From positions 256,001 through 320,000 of the forward strand of contig CAWCFX010000003.1 in assembly GCA_963795085.1 (NCBI GenBank): a stretch of DNA of 64,000 bases, in the 5' to 3' direction. The notes under the pieces are model-generated. The model did not search any database. It was given only the letters and a program-made list of their open reading frames with translations, and had not been told where the DNA came from. A program made the position numbers and the translations under genes. Shown here piece by piece: positions 29,010 to 39,129 of this stretch; the first letter of the stretch is position 1, and every line of letters begins with the position of its first letter. This DNA is from an uncultured Gemmatimonadales bacterium (lineage in GTDB: Bacteria > Gemmatimonadota > Gemmatimonadetes > Gemmatimonadales > GWC2-71-9).

Positions 29010-30188
29010 ATGTCCCGAAAGCCGGTTTACCTCGACCACGCCGCCACCACGCCCGTCCGCCCCGAGGTGCTGGAGGCGATGATGCCGTTTCTGACCGACT
29101 CGGCCTTCGGAAACCCCTCCAGCGCCCACCGGTTCGGGCGGGCCGCCCGGGCAGGAATCGAGCAGGCCAAGCGGCAGGTGGCAGCGGCGGTCGGCGCCGA
29201 GCCCAACCAGGTGGTATTTACCTCCGGCGGCACCGAGGCCGATAACCTGGCGATCATCGGGGCTGCGCTGGCGGCCCGCGATGCCGGGAAGCCGATGCTG
29301 GTGGCGGTCTCGGCGACCGAGCACAAGGCGGTGCTGGCGGCGGCGCACGCGGTGAAGCGCATGGGCGGCGAAGAGGAGATCCTGCCGGTGGACCGCCAGG
29401 GTATCCTCGACCCGGCGTCACTGGACCGGGTGCTGGCCCGCTCCCCCGCGGCGGTATCGGTCATGTGGGTGAACAACGAGACCGGGGCCATTCAGCCGAT
29501 CCGGGAGATCGCGGCGCGCTGCCACGACGCCGGGTGTTACTTCCATACCGACGCCGTCCAGGCCTTCGGCAAGATCCCCACCGCGATCCGGGACCTCCCC
29601 TGCACTCTCGTGACCATTTCCGGCCACAAGATCGGCGCTCCCAAGGGCATCGGGGCGCTCATCGTGCGCGACCGCAAGGCGGTCGAGGCGATCATCCACG
29701 GCGGCGGGCAGCAATTCGGGATCCGGCCGGGGACCGAGAACGTGGCGGGTGCAGTCGCCCTGGGCCGGGCCGCCGAGCTCGCCGCGGCGGAACAGGATAG
29801 CCACGCCAGGCGATTGGGGGAGCTCCGGGACGGCCTGGCGCGGCGTTTCCGCGAGCTGGTGAGCGACGTCATCGTGAACTGCGAGGACAGCCCCCGGGCG
29901 CCGCATGTCCTCAGCATCATCGTGCCGGGCGCCGACAGCGAAGCCCTGCTGATGCATTTCGACCTGGCTGGCGTCGCCGTCTCCAGCGGCAGCGCCTGCT
30001 CCACCGGCGCCGTGGAGCCCTCTCATGTCCTGACCGCGATGGGCGTGCCCCGGGAACTCGCGCTGGGCGCCATCCGCTTCAGCCTGGGGCACGAGACCAC
30101 CGAGGCGGACATCGACCGCGCGGTGGAGGTGTTCCCGTCCGTGGTGGAGAAGGTTCGCAAGCTGGCGGGGGTGCTGGGACGTGCCTAG
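29010..30188 (+). CDS. iscS: Cysteine desulfurase (IscS/NifS class)
   Basis: [23 protein letters not shown] (PLP Lys), SSGSACS. Confidence 0.93.
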   Translation: MSRKPVYLDHAATTPVRPEVLEAMMPFLTDSAFGNPSSAHRFGRAARAGIEQAKRQVAAAVGAEPNQVVFTSGGTEADNLAIIGAALAARDAGKPMLVAVSATEHKAVLAAAHAVKRMGGEEEILPVDRQGILDPASLDRVLARSPAAVSVMWVNNETGAIQPIREIAARCHDAGCYFHTDAVQAFGKIPTAIRDLPCTLVTISGHKIGAPKGIGALIVRDRKAVEAIIHGGGQQFGIRPGTENVAGAVALGRAAELAAAEQDSHARRLGELRDGLARRFRELVSDVIVNCEDSPRAPHVLSIIVPGADSEALLMHFDLAGVAVSSGSACSTGAVEPSHVLTAMGVPRELALGAIRFSLGHETTEADIDRAVEVFPSVVEKVRKLAGVLGRA

Positions 30189-31317
30189 CCAGTCGAGCGC
30201 AGGGGCGGACGCTCCCCGGCGGGTCCTCGTGGCCATGTCGGGCGGGGTGGACAGCTCGGTGGCGGCCGCGATCCTGGTCGAGCAGGGATACGATGTCGTC
30301 GGCGCCACCATGAAGCTCTTCTGCTATGGCGACGAGGTGCCGGACCGGCCCTGCTGCTCGCTCGATTCCATCAACGACGCCCGCGACGTGGCGCACCGCC
30401 TTGGCATTCCGCACTACGTGCTCAACCTGGAGGACCGGTTCAGCCGGTTCGTGATCCAGGATTTTGTCGGCGAGTACCGGCAGGGGCGCACCCCGATTCC
30501 CTGCGTGCGGTGCAATTCGTTCACCAAGTTCCGCGACCTGCTGGCCCATGCCGACGCATTGGGCTGCGACTATATCGCGACCGGGCACTACGCGCGGGCG
30601 GTGGACGGCGCGCTCCGCCGGGGACAGGATCGCAACAAGGACCAGAGCTACTTCCTGTGGGGAGTCGGCCGCGAGGTGGTGGCGCGGATGCTCACGCCGG
30701 TTGGCCATCTGACCAAGGAGGAGACCCGCCGATACGCGCGGGACCTGGGCCTCACCACCGCCGACAAGCCGGAGTCGGTAGAGATCTGTTTCGTTCCCGA
30801 TGGCGATTACGTGGCCGTGCTGGAGCAGCACCTGCCCGCGGACGATCCCGCGCTCACGCCAGGCCCCATCGTCACCACCACGGGCGCGGTGATCGGCCAG
30901 CACCGGGGGTTTGCCCGGTACACCATCGGCCAGCGCCGGGGGTTGCCGGGGGGCGGCACGAAGCCGCAGTACGTGGTCGCGCTCCACCCGGAACGGCGTG
31001 AGGTCGTCGTCGGCAGTCTGGAGGATCTGGCCGGCCATACGGTCCACCTCGACGAGGTGAACTGGCTGGCCGATCCGCTCAGCGCCGGCGATCCGTGCGA
31101 GATCCAGATCCGCTATCGTTCCCGGCCCCTGCCGGCCACCGTCATCAGCGCGGACGGCGCCTCGCTCTCCCTGGCCCTCGGGGTACCGGGGCGCGCCATC
31201 ACGCCGGGCCAGTCGGGTGTCCTCTATCGCGGGGAATCCATGCTGGGCGGCGGGGTGATCGCCAGGGCCGGGGAGCCGGGCCGGACCCGGACCCTGCCGG
31301 TCATGCAGTCGGCCTGA
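30181..31317 (+). CDS. mnmA: tRNA 2-thiouridine(34) synthase
   Basis: [47 protein letters not shown]. Confidence 0.96.
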   Translation: MPSQSSAGADAPRRVLVAMSGGVDSSVAAAILVEQGYDVVGATMKLFCYGDEVPDRPCCSLDSINDARDVAHRLGIPHYVLNLEDRFSRFVIQDFVGEYRQGRTPIPCVRCNSFTKFRDLLAHADALGCDYIATGHYARAVDGALRRGQDRNKDQSYFLWGVGREVVARMLTPVGHLTKEETRRYARDLGLTTADKPESVEICFVPDGDYVAVLEQHLPADDPALTPGPIVTTTGAVIGQHRGFARYTIGQRRGLPGGGTKPQYVVALHPERREVVVGSLEDLAGHTVHLDEVNWLADPLSAGDPCEIQIRYRSRPLPATVISADGASLSLALGVPGRAITPGQSGVLYRGESMLGGGVIARAGEPGRTRTLPVMQSA

Positions 31318-31340
31318 ACGCTCCTCTCACACCGGTCACC

Positions 31341-33374
31341 ATGGCCTCAAACCCAGGCGCCCTCACGAGCATCGGTCTAGCCTGCCTCCTCCTGGTGCAA
31401 GGGGCGGGCACCCTGTGGGCCCAGGGCCGGCGCGCGATCACGGTAGACCAATTCCTGGCCCTCAAGACTGTAAGCGATCCCCGGCCGTCGCCGGATGGGA
31501 CACTGGTCGCCTACGTGGTCTCGGACGTGTCCCTGCCCGAGAACCGGACCGTTTCGCGCATTCACCTGGTGGAAGTGGCCAGCGGCCGAAGCCGCGAACT
31601 ACCGACGGGCGCCGGGAACGCGCGGGCGCCGCGCTGGTCCGCCGATGGCAAGACCCTGGCCTTCGTGTCCACCGCGGAGGATGGATCCCAGGTCTGGCGC
31701 ATGGCGATCGACAGCGCGAGGCCGGTCCGGGTCACCCGGGATTCCGGCGGGATCGGGGAGCTGGTGGCCGCTCCGGACGGCCGGTCGTTCTATTTCACGA
31801 GGGACGTGACATGGCCGGCGGTCCAGGAGCTGGACCGGCGGCATGGCGCATTCCCCACCAGCGCCCGGATCTGGACCGATCTTTTCTACCGCCACTGGAA
31901 TGAGTGGCGGGTGGGGACCCGGCAGCACCTGTTCCGGGTCACGCTCGCCGACGGGAAGGTCACCGACCTCACCCCGATCGACCGCGACGTCCCGACCCTG
32001 GCCCTGGGCGGCGCCGACATCGCCCTCTCCCATCCAGGCACCGAGCTGGCAATGGTGTTCAATCCTGACTCGGGCGTGGCGACCAGCACCAACAACGACA
32101 TCTTTGTCGCCGGGCCCGACGGCAGCGGCCGGCAGCCCATCACCACCAATCCCGCCAACGATCATAGCCCCGCCTACTCGCCGGACAGCCGGTACATTGC
32201 CTACCTGGCGATGGCGGTCCCCGGATTCGAGGCGGACCGTCAGCAGATCTGGCTCTACGAACGGGCGACCGGGCGCCGATCGGCGCTGGCGACGGACTGG
32301 AACGCGAGCGTCGCCGCGATCACCTGGAGCAACGACTCCCGCAGCATCATCGCGGAGACCGAGGAGCGCGGGGAGCACGTGTTCTACCGGGTCGAGGTGC
32401 CGAGCGGGGCCCGCACCCGTATCCTGAGCGGCGGGCTCAATACGTCGCTGGCGATCCCCCGGCGGGCGGACCTGCTTGTTTTCCTGCGGCAGACCGCAAC
32501 CCAGCCTGCCGAGGTGTATGTGGCCAACCCGGATGGCGGCGGCGTACGCCCGCTGACCTCTGTCAACGGTCCGGCGATGGCCCAAGTGGCGGTCAATCCG
32601 CTGGAGCCGTTCGCGTTTGCCGGCGCCTTGGGCGACAGCATCCATGGCTGGCTGATGAAGCCGCCCGGCTTCAACAGCCGCGAGCGGTATCCGGTGATTT
32701 ACCTGATCCACGGCGGGCCCCAGGGGTCCTGGCTGGATACCTGGCACGCCCGATGGAACTACGCCCTCTTCGCGTCTCGCGGGTACGTGGTGGCCGCGGT
32801 GAACTTCCACGGTTCGACCGGCTACGGACAGAGCTTCACCAACAGTATCAGCCGCCACTGGGGAGATTATCCATACGAAGACCTGATGAGCGGGGTGGAC
32901 CACCTCGCCTCGTTGCCCTTCGTGGATTCCACCCGGATCGGGGCGGCGGGCGCCTCCTACGGCGGGTACATGATCTTCTGGATGGCCGGACACACCAACC
33001 GGTTCCGCACCCTGGTCGCGCATGATGGCATCTTCAACACCATCAGCATGGCCGGTACCACCGAAGAACTGTGGTTTCCGCTGCACGAGTTCGGCGGCAC
33101 CCAGCTGTCCCAGTCGGCCCGCGCCACCATGGAGAAATGGTCCCCCCACAACTACGTGGCGAACTGGGTCACCCCGATGCTGATCATCCACGGACAGCAG
33201 GATTTCCGGGTGGACGTCTCGGAGGGGTTCCAGGCTTTTACCGCCCTGCGCCTTCGGGGCGTACCGGGCAAGTTTCTCTACTTTCCCGATGAAGGGCACT
33301 GGGTGCTCAAGCCCCGAAACCGTCGGCTCTGGTGGGACACGGTCCTGGACTGGATGGATCAGTACCTGAAGTAA
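31341..33374 (+). CDS. S9 family peptidase (beta-propeller plus prolyl oligopeptidase domain)
   Basis: Signal peptide, SPDG repeats, IHGGPQ, GASYGG, D-FRV, DEGH. Confidence 0.93.
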   Translation: MASNPGALTSIGLACLLLVQGAGTLWAQGRRAITVDQFLALKTVSDPRPSPDGTLVAYVVSDVSLPENRTVSRIHLVEVASGRSRELPTGAGNARAPRWSADGKTLAFVSTAEDGSQVWRMAIDSARPVRVTRDSGGIGELVAAPDGRSFYFTRDVTWPAVQELDRRHGAFPTSARIWTDLFYRHWNEWRVGTRQHLFRVTLADGKVTDLTPIDRDVPTLALGGADIALSHPGTELAMVFNPDSGVATSTNNDIFVAGPDGSGRQPITTNPANDHSPAYSPDSRYIAYLAMAVPGFEADRQQIWLYERATGRRSALATDWNASVAAITWSNDSRSIIAETEERGEHVFYRVEVPSGARTRILSGGLNTSLAIPRRADLLVFLRQTATQPAEVYVANPDGGGVRPLTSVNGPAMAQVAVNPLEPFAFAGALGDSIHGWLMKPPGFNSRERYPVIYLIHGGPQGSWLDTWHARWNYALFASRGYVVAAVNFHGSTGYGQSFTNSISRHWGDYPYEDLMSGVDHLASLPFVDSTRIGAAGASYGGYMIFWMAGHTNRFRTLVAHDGIFNTISMAGTTEELWFPLHEFGGTQLSQSARATMEKWSPHNYVANWVTPMLIIHGQQDFRVDVSEGFQAFTALRLRGVPGKFLYFPDEGHWVLKPRNRRLWWDTVLDWMDQYLK

Positions 33375-33430
33375 GCGGGCCGGGCCAGGGAGAGTATGGG
33401 CCGGTTGCACGGCGTACCCAAGGAGAATCG

Positions 33431-33832
33431 ATGCGCTCGCTTTTCGTGCGCTGGATCATCAACGCGCTGGCACTCTACGCGGCGTTCAACATCATTCCGG
33501 GGATCCATTTCGAGAAGGGGCCGGTAGCGCTGCTGGTGGTGGCCGCACTGTTCGGGATGGTGAACAGCGCGCTCCGGCCACTGCTCACGGTGCTCACCTG
33601 CCCGCTGGTGGTCCTTACCCTCGGCCTCTTCACCTTTGTCATCAACGCCATGCTGCTCCTGATTACGGCGTGGCTCTCCGCACAGCTCGATCTCGGACTC
33701 TTCGTGGACGGGTTCGGTGCGGCATTCGTCGGCGGGCTGCTCATCGGCATCGTCAGCCTGGTGCTGTCGCTCCTGGTCGGCGAGCGGAAAATGGTGGTGC
33801 GGCGGGTGGAACCGCCGGGAGACCAGCCGTGA
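33431..33832 (+). CDS. YvlD/DUF360 (phage holin 4-TMS) family membrane protein
   Basis: AAGGAG RBS; RPLLTVLTCPLVVLTLGLFTFVINA. Confidence 0.9.
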   Translation: MRSLFVRWIINALALYAAFNIIPGIHFEKGPVALLVVAALFGMVNSALRPLLTVLTCPLVVLTLGLFTFVINAMLLLITAWLSAQLDLGLFVDGFGAAFVGGLLIGIVSLVLSLLVGERKMVVRRVEPPGDQP

Positions 33833-34167
33833 ACGCGCTCCTCTACCGTCCCGAACCGCTCCCCGACGCGATTCGCCGCTGGACGCGGCAGGCTCCCGAC
33901 CACCTGCTCGGGCTGCTGGGTTGCGCCGGCCTCCTGGGCGCGGTCGCGGCGCTGGCCCTCGATTCTCACCAGTGGCCGGTGGCGACGGGCCTTGCGGCGG
34001 CCGGCGGCCTCGGGATCTGGGGCCGGCTCAGGCATGCCGCCAGCCGGCAACCGAGCCGGTGGCGTGCCGCCGTCGCGACCGCGGTCGGGGCCCTGACCCT
34101 CCTCGCCGCCGTGATCGCGGTGTCGGTGGGACTCCTGGTCTTCCTGGGGCCCGCGCCGCACTTCTGA
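33829..34167 (+). CDS. Hypothetical membrane protein
   Basis: GTGA overlap with the upstream stop; three hydrophobic segments. Confidence 0.65.
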   Translation: MNALLYRPEPLPDAIRRWTRQAPDHLLGLLGCAGLLGAVAALALDSHQWPVATGLAAAGGLGIWGRLRHAASRQPSRWRAAVATAVGALTLLAAVIAVSVGLLVFLGPAPHF

Positions 34168-34181
34168 GACGGAGTTCGCCG

Positions 34182-34793
34182 ATGTCTCATCCACCCGTCA
34201 CCGTCCTGCTGCTCCTCCTGGCATGGTGGCCCGGCGTGGCAGCCGGCCAGCAGGGCGCCCGGGCCTCCGAAATTCCGGCCATCTCCTGTGCCTACGCCGA
34301 CGGCGTGCTGGGCACCGATTGGAGCCGGGGCCCGGTCACCGCGGCACGGCTTCCATCCGGCGAGATGATGATCTCGTCCCAGGCCAGCGGCCGGCTCGCG
34401 GGCACCATGCATATCAGCGTCACCATCACCCATCACGAGCCCTCGCCGCCCTCGGAACCCCACGGCCAGTTGCACGTCCTGTTTCTCAACGATGGGCGTC
34501 TGGCGCAAGCCATGCTCCATCCCGACACGACCTCGCTGGCGCTGTTCCTGGATGATAGCCTGCACTTTGATCTGGGCACACCTGTTGAGGGCGAGGTCCA
34601 GGGCGCCACACGTAGCGCACATCTGACGCTGCACACCGCCCTCCCCCGGGGGGCCTTCCTGGCGCTGGCCCGGGCCCGGAAGGGCCGCGTCACCATCGCC
34701 GGCCGCTCCTACTCCATCGGAAGGAAGCTCCTGGAGCAGGTGTCGCGGGCCTACCGGGCGGTAATCTGTATGGCCCCCGTTGCCTACCCCTAG
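34182..34793 (+). CDS. Hypothetical secreted protein
   Basis: GGAG RBS, signal-peptide-like N-terminus. Confidence 0.55.
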   Translation: MSHPPVTVLLLLLAWWPGVAAGQQGARASEIPAISCAYADGVLGTDWSRGPVTAARLPSGEMMISSQASGRLAGTMHISVTITHHEPSPPSEPHGQLHVLFLNDGRLAQAMLHPDTTSLALFLDDSLHFDLGTPVEGEVQGATRSAHLTLHTALPRGAFLALARARKGRVTIAGRSYSIGRKLLEQVSRAYRAVICMAPVAYP

Positions 34794-34880
34794 CTCCAGG
34801 CCCGTGGCGCACGACCGGGGCCTGCAGTGGGGTCAGTGGTCCGGGGCCTTTGGTGAATTGGGCCTTGGCCGCCTGTCTCA

Positions 34881-34928
34881 CTTGCCCCCTTGCCCCCCGC
34901 CCCTGCCCCCCTGCCCCCCTGCCCCCCC
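34881..34928. repeat. C-rich octamer-like tandem repeat (CYTGCCCC) upstream of ppk1
   Basis: cttgcccc cttgcccc ccgcccc tgcccccc tgcccccc tgcccccc; the reverse complement of the GGGGCAAG units at 28116. Confidence 0.8.
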
Positions 34929-34976
34929 GTGACGTACGGCATATCGCCGGGACCTATCCGCGGATAGATTCTCCCG

Positions 34977-37118
34977 GTGACCAACGTCCAGCACCCCCCC
35001 GCCACGGCTTCCGCTGCCCCCCCACCCGTGGACCTGCGGCACCCATCGCTGTACCTCAACCGGGAGCTTTCCTGGCTGGAGTTCAACCGGCGGGTCCTGT
35101 GGGAGGGGCGCGACGCCCGTAATCCTCTTTTGGAGCGGCTCAAGTTCCTGGCCATCTTCAGTTCCAACCTGGACGAGTTCTTCCAGGTGCGGGTGGCGGG
35201 GCTCAAGCAGCAGCTGGCCGCAGGCTACCACGAACGGACCGCGGACGGGATGACACCGGAGGACCAGCTGGAGGCGATCTCGGCGATCGTCCGGGGCATG
35301 CAGCGCCAGCACAGCGAGTGCCTGCTCGGGGATATCCTGCCGGGATTGTCGCAGGCGGGGATCCAGGTGCTGGACATGGCCGACACGACGGAGGAGGACC
35401 GCCAGCACCTGGACCATTACTTCCACAGCCATGTGTTCCCGGTCCTGACCCCCCTGGCGGTGGACCCGGCGCATCCCTTTCCCTACATCAGCAATCTCAG
35501 CCTGTCGCTGGCGGTGGTGCTCCGGGACTCCGATGGCGATGAACGGTTCGCGCGGGTGAAGGTCCCCAGGATCCTGCCTCGCTGGGTGCGGCTGGCCGAA
35601 CCCAATCGGTTCGTCCCCCTGGAGCAGCTGATCGCCGCCAACCTCGAGTCGCTCTTCCCGGGAATCGAAATCCTGGGCTCCTACACGTTCCGGATCACCC
35701 GGAACACTGAATACGAGATCGACCACGACGAAGCCGAGGACCTGCTGAGCCTGATCCAGGAGGAGGTGCGTAACCGCCGGTTTGGTGAGGTGACCAGGCT
35801 GGAAGTGCATCCCACCATGCCGGCCGAACTCAGGAAGATGCTCCTCGCCGAATTCGCGGAGGAGCAGGAGTCCCGGGTCCCGTGGCTGACGGCGGACGAC
35901 ATCTTCGATGTCAGCGGCCCGATGGACGGCACCGACCTCATGGTCCTGGCGGGGACCGATGTCCCGGCACTCAAGGACCCGCCCTATCACCCCACCACGC
36001 CGCTCCGGATCGCCGGGCTGCGCGACATGTTCGAGGTGATCCGGGAGGGAGACGTGCTGCTGCACCATCCCTTCGAGAGTTTCGGCAACTCGGTCGAGCG
36101 CTTCATGCAGGCCGCGGTGGACGACCCCAACGTGCTCGCCATCAAGCTTACTCTCTATCGCACCGGCGGCGATTCCAGCATCGCCAAGCTGATGCTGCAG
36201 GCCGCCGAGCGGGGCAAGCAGGTCGCGGTGCTGATCGAGCTGCAGGCCAGGTTCGACGAAGAGAGCAATATCATCTGGGCTCAGCGGCTGGAGGATGCCG
36301 GGGTGCATGTGAGCTACGGCGTGGCGGGGCTGAAGACCCACAGCAAGGTGATGCTGGTCGTGCGGAACGAGGACGACGGCATCCGGCGTTACGTCCACCT
36401 GGGCACCGGCAACTATAATCCCAAGACCTCCCGGCTCTACACCGACTTTGGCCTCTTCACTTGTGACCCCCAGATCGGCGCGGACCTGACCGACCTGTTC
36501 AACGTCCTGACCGGCTTCGCGGCCCCGGCCGGGTACCGCAAGCTGATCGTGGCGCCCAACGGCATGCGGGACGCGTTCATCCGGATGATCCGCCGGGAGG
36601 GGGAGCAGGCCCGGGAAGGCAAGCCGGCCCGGATCCTGGCCAAGATGAACTCCCTGGTGGACCCGGAGATTATCGTTGCCCTGTACGAGGCGTCCCAGGC
36701 CGGCGTCACCGTGGACCTCATCGTCCGCGGAATCTGCTGCCTGCGCCCCGGCCTCCCGGGGGTGAGCGAAAACATCCGGGTCATCAGCGTGGTTGGCCGG
36801 TTCCTGGAGCACTCCCGCTCGTACTATTTCCTGAACGGGGGGGCGGAAGAACTCTATATCTCGTCGGCCGACTGGATGCCCCGGAACCTGGACCGTCGGA
36901 TCGAAGTGGCGGGTCCGGTCGAGAACCCCAACCACCGGGCAACGATCCGGGATATCATGCAGATGATGTGGCGGGATAACCGGCAGGCATGGGAACTGGC
37001 CTCGGACGGATCGTACACCCAGCGCTCGCCGGAGCCGGGCGAGGAGGAGCGGGCCACCCACCCCATGCTCATGGCCATCTACCGGGATGGCGGCCGGATC
37101 CCGCCCCTGCCCACCTAG
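34977..37118 (+). CDS. ppk1: Polyphosphate kinase 1
   Basis: NRELSWLEFN, SNLDEFFQVRVAG, HPFPYISN, LKTHSK, GTGNYN, GRFLEHSR, SSADWMPRNL. Confidence 0.97.
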   Translation: MTNVQHPPATASAAPPPVDLRHPSLYLNRELSWLEFNRRVLWEGRDARNPLLERLKFLAIFSSNLDEFFQVRVAGLKQQLAAGYHERTADGMTPEDQLEAISAIVRGMQRQHSECLLGDILPGLSQAGIQVLDMADTTEEDRQHLDHYFHSHVFPVLTPLAVDPAHPFPYISNLSLSLAVVLRDSDGDERFARVKVPRILPRWVRLAEPNRFVPLEQLIAANLESLFPGIEILGSYTFRITRNTEYEIDHDEAEDLLSLIQEEVRNRRFGEVTRLEVHPTMPAELRKMLLAEFAEEQESRVPWLTADDIFDVSGPMDGTDLMVLAGTDVPALKDPPYHPTTPLRIAGLRDMFEVIREGDVLLHHPFESFGNSVERFMQAAVDDPNVLAIKLTLYRTGGDSSIAKLMLQAAERGKQVAVLIELQARFDEESNIIWAQRLEDAGVHVSYGVAGLKTHSKVMLVVRNEDDGIRRYVHLGTGNYNPKTSRLYTDFGLFTCDPQIGADLTDLFNVLTGFAAPAGYRKLIVAPNGMRDAFIRMIRREGEQAREGKPARILAKMNSLVDPEIIVALYEASQAGVTVDLIVRGICCLRPGLPGVSENIRVISVVGRFLEHSRSYYFLNGGAEELYISSADWMPRNLDRRIEVAGPVENPNHRATIRDIMQMMWRDNRQAWELASDGSYTQRSPEPGEEERATHPMLMAIYRDGGRIPPLPT

Positions 37119-37158
37119 TGGACGGTCTCACATGTTTCGATATTCGCTGTCGAACAGC

Positions 37159-37288
37159 TCACCACGGAGACACCAAGCACACGGGAGGTAGCACGGAGCA
37201 CCGGCTCAAGAGCCGCAAATCCCAATACCTTGGTGGCAGCATGAAGCTTCTTCGTGCTGCCTTCGTGAACTCCGTGACTCCGTCGTGA
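37159..37288. repeat. About 40-bp imperfect inverted repeat built of CACGGAG units (REP/MITE-like)
   Basis: Left arm tcaccacggagacaccaagcacacgggaggtagcacggag; the right arm reverse complement is tcacgacggagtcacggagttcacgaaggcagcacgaag. Confidence 0.8.
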
Positions 37289-37330
37289 ATCAGTTCCTTC
37301 CCGCCTGATCGGAACTCTGGATACAGTCCA

Positions 37331-38431
37331 CTAGTACTTGAGGCCGGCCGCGTCGGCGAAGTCCTTTAGTTTCTCTTCCGCTTCCGGCGTCAGTGTTTCC
37401 GGCATGGTCACCTGGATCTGGACCAGCTGATCGCCCTTCTGCCCGGCCTTTTGAATCCCCAGTCCCTTGATCCGGAACTTCCGCCCCGGTTGCGTTCCCG
37501 CGGGAATTCTGAGCACCACTTTCTGGCCATCGAGGGTGCGGACCCGGAGCCGGGTACCCAGGGCCGCCTGGGCCAGGTTGATGGGGACTTCGCAGATCAG
37601 GTTGAGGCCGTCCCGCTGGAAAAAGCGGTCTTCCTGGACCTGAAATGTGATGATCAGGTCGCCTGGTGGTGCGCCGGCCCGCCCCGGCTCGCCCTGGCCC
37701 TTGAGCCGCACCTTGTTGCCCGTCTCGGTGGCGGAGGGAACCGTGATCATGATTTCGCGCTGAACGCGGAGTTCGCCGGCGCCCTGGCAGACCGGGCAGC
37801 GTTCGGACGGGATCTTACCGCGGCCGCGGCACTTGGGACAGGGCCGGCTGACCGCGAAGCCGCCCTGTCCGAACGAGACCGTTCCCCGGCCGTGGCATTC
37901 ATCGCACACGATGATCTTTGCCCCGGGCGCGGCACCGCTGCCGTGACAGTTGGAACAGCTTTCAGTCATAGGGAGGATCACCGGTACCTTGCCGCCCAGC
38001 GCGGCGACCCGGAACGGCACTTCGACCACCGCCTCCAGCGATTCGCCCCGGGACTCCTCCTTGCGGCCCCGGCCGAAGATGGAGGAAAAAATGTCGCCGA
38101 GCCCGAACCCGTTGATATCGCCGTAGTCGAAAGCCTCCTCCGCCCCCGGCTGGCCGGCCGGCCGGCCGGGACCCCGCGCGCCCGCCCCCTGGCGGCGAAA
38201 CGTGTCGAAGGCACCCAGTTTCCTCATCTGGTCATACTGCTTCCGCTTGTCGGCGTCGGAGAGCACGCTGTGCGCCTCCGAGATCTCCTTGAAGCGGTCG
38301 GCGGCCTGGGTGTTGTTCGGATTGGCATCCGGATGGTACTGCTTGGCCAGCCGCCGGTAGGCCTTCTTGATTTCGGCCGGCGAGGCGGTTTCCGGGACGC
38401 CCAGGACCTGATAGAAGTCCTTGTCGGCCAC
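37331..38431 (-). CDS. dnaJ: Chaperone DnaJ
   Basis: J-domain HPD, G/F region, four CxxCxGxG repeats. Confidence 0.96.
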   Translation of the reverse strand: MADKDFYQVLGVPETASPAEIKKAYRRLAKQYHPDANPNNTQAADRFKEISEAHSVLSDADKRKQYDQMRKLGAFDTFRRQGAGARGPGRPAGQPGAEEAFDYGDINGFGLGDIFSSIFGRGRKEESRGESLEAVVEVPFRVAALGGKVPVILPMTESCSNCHGSGAAPGAKIIVCDECHGRGTVSFGQGGFAVSRPCPKCRGRGKIPSERCPVCQGAGELRVQREIMITVPSATETGNKVRLKGQGEPGRAGAPPGDLIITFQVQEDRFFQRDGLNLICEVPINLAQAALGTRLRVRTLDGQKVVLRIPAGTQPGRKFRIKGLGIQKAGQKGDQLVQIQVTMPETLTPEAEEKLKDFADAAGLKY

Positions 38432-39048
38432 TAGGACTGGCCCTGGTCGGAGTAGACCTGCACCCGGGCCGGCCGGATCAGGGTGCCTTTAAACGAGTAG
38501 CCGGATTGGAAGGTCGCGCTGACCGAGTGGTCCTGTTCCGGGCTGGGCGGCGGGAGCGTGGACACGGCCTCATGCCTGGTCGGATCGAACGGCTGCCCCG
38601 CCGGGTCGATCCGTTCCAGTCCGCTGGATTCGAGTTCCTTGCGCAGTTTCCGGTTGATCATCACGGTGGCATCGTAAAGCGGGCCGGTCTGCTCGGCGCT
38701 GGCTTCGCCCGCGACCAGCCGGTCGAGGTCGTCCAGCACATCCAGCATCCGCATCACGAACGCCGCCTGAGCCCGGTCCGTCAGCTCGACCCGCTCCCGG
38801 GCGACCCGCTTCCGGAAGTTGTCGAACTCCGCCGCCAGCCGAAGCAGCTTGTCCCGGCTATCATCGAGTTCGCGGGTCAGCCGGGCCGCCCGTTCCTCGA
38901 GCGGTTCCATCGGCAGACCGCTGCCCCCTGTCGAAGGCTGGTGCAACTCCCCAACCTCCGCCACTTCGGCATCAGCCGTCACGGTCCGGTCGTCGGTCGC
39001 CCCGTCGGCCTGGACCACTTCTTCGGTAACCTTATGTTTGTTCTTCAC
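38431..39048 (-). CDS. grpE: Nucleotide exchange factor GrpE
   Basis: AEFDNFRKR, FDPTRHEAV, GY..LIRPARV; GTG start chosen at 39048. Confidence 0.93.
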   Translation of the reverse strand: MKNKHKVTEEVVQADGATDDRTVTADAEVAEVGELHQPSTGGSGLPMEPLEERAARLTRELDDSRDKLLRLAAEFDNFRKRVARERVELTDRAQAAFVMRMLDVLDDLDRLVAGEASAEQTGPLYDATVMINRKLRKELESSGLERIDPAGQPFDPTRHEAVSTLPPPSPEQDHSVSATFQSGYSFKGTLIRPARVQVYSDQGQS

Positions 39049-39129
39049 TTGGCTTGCTCTCTTCGAGGAAGGCGAGTCGAAAGATAATAGCAACCGTCGT
39101 ACCGCCCACGTCAGCCACCATGGCAGTCC

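Noticed and set aside
31314..31341. CTGA overlap suggesting a CTG start for the S9 peptidase
   Set aside because: An in-frame ATG at 31341 gives a normal signal peptide, so CTG is not needed.
33431..33832. 'Phage holin' as evidence of a prophage
   Set aside because: The YvlD family is a common chromosomal membrane protein, and there are no phage genes nearby.
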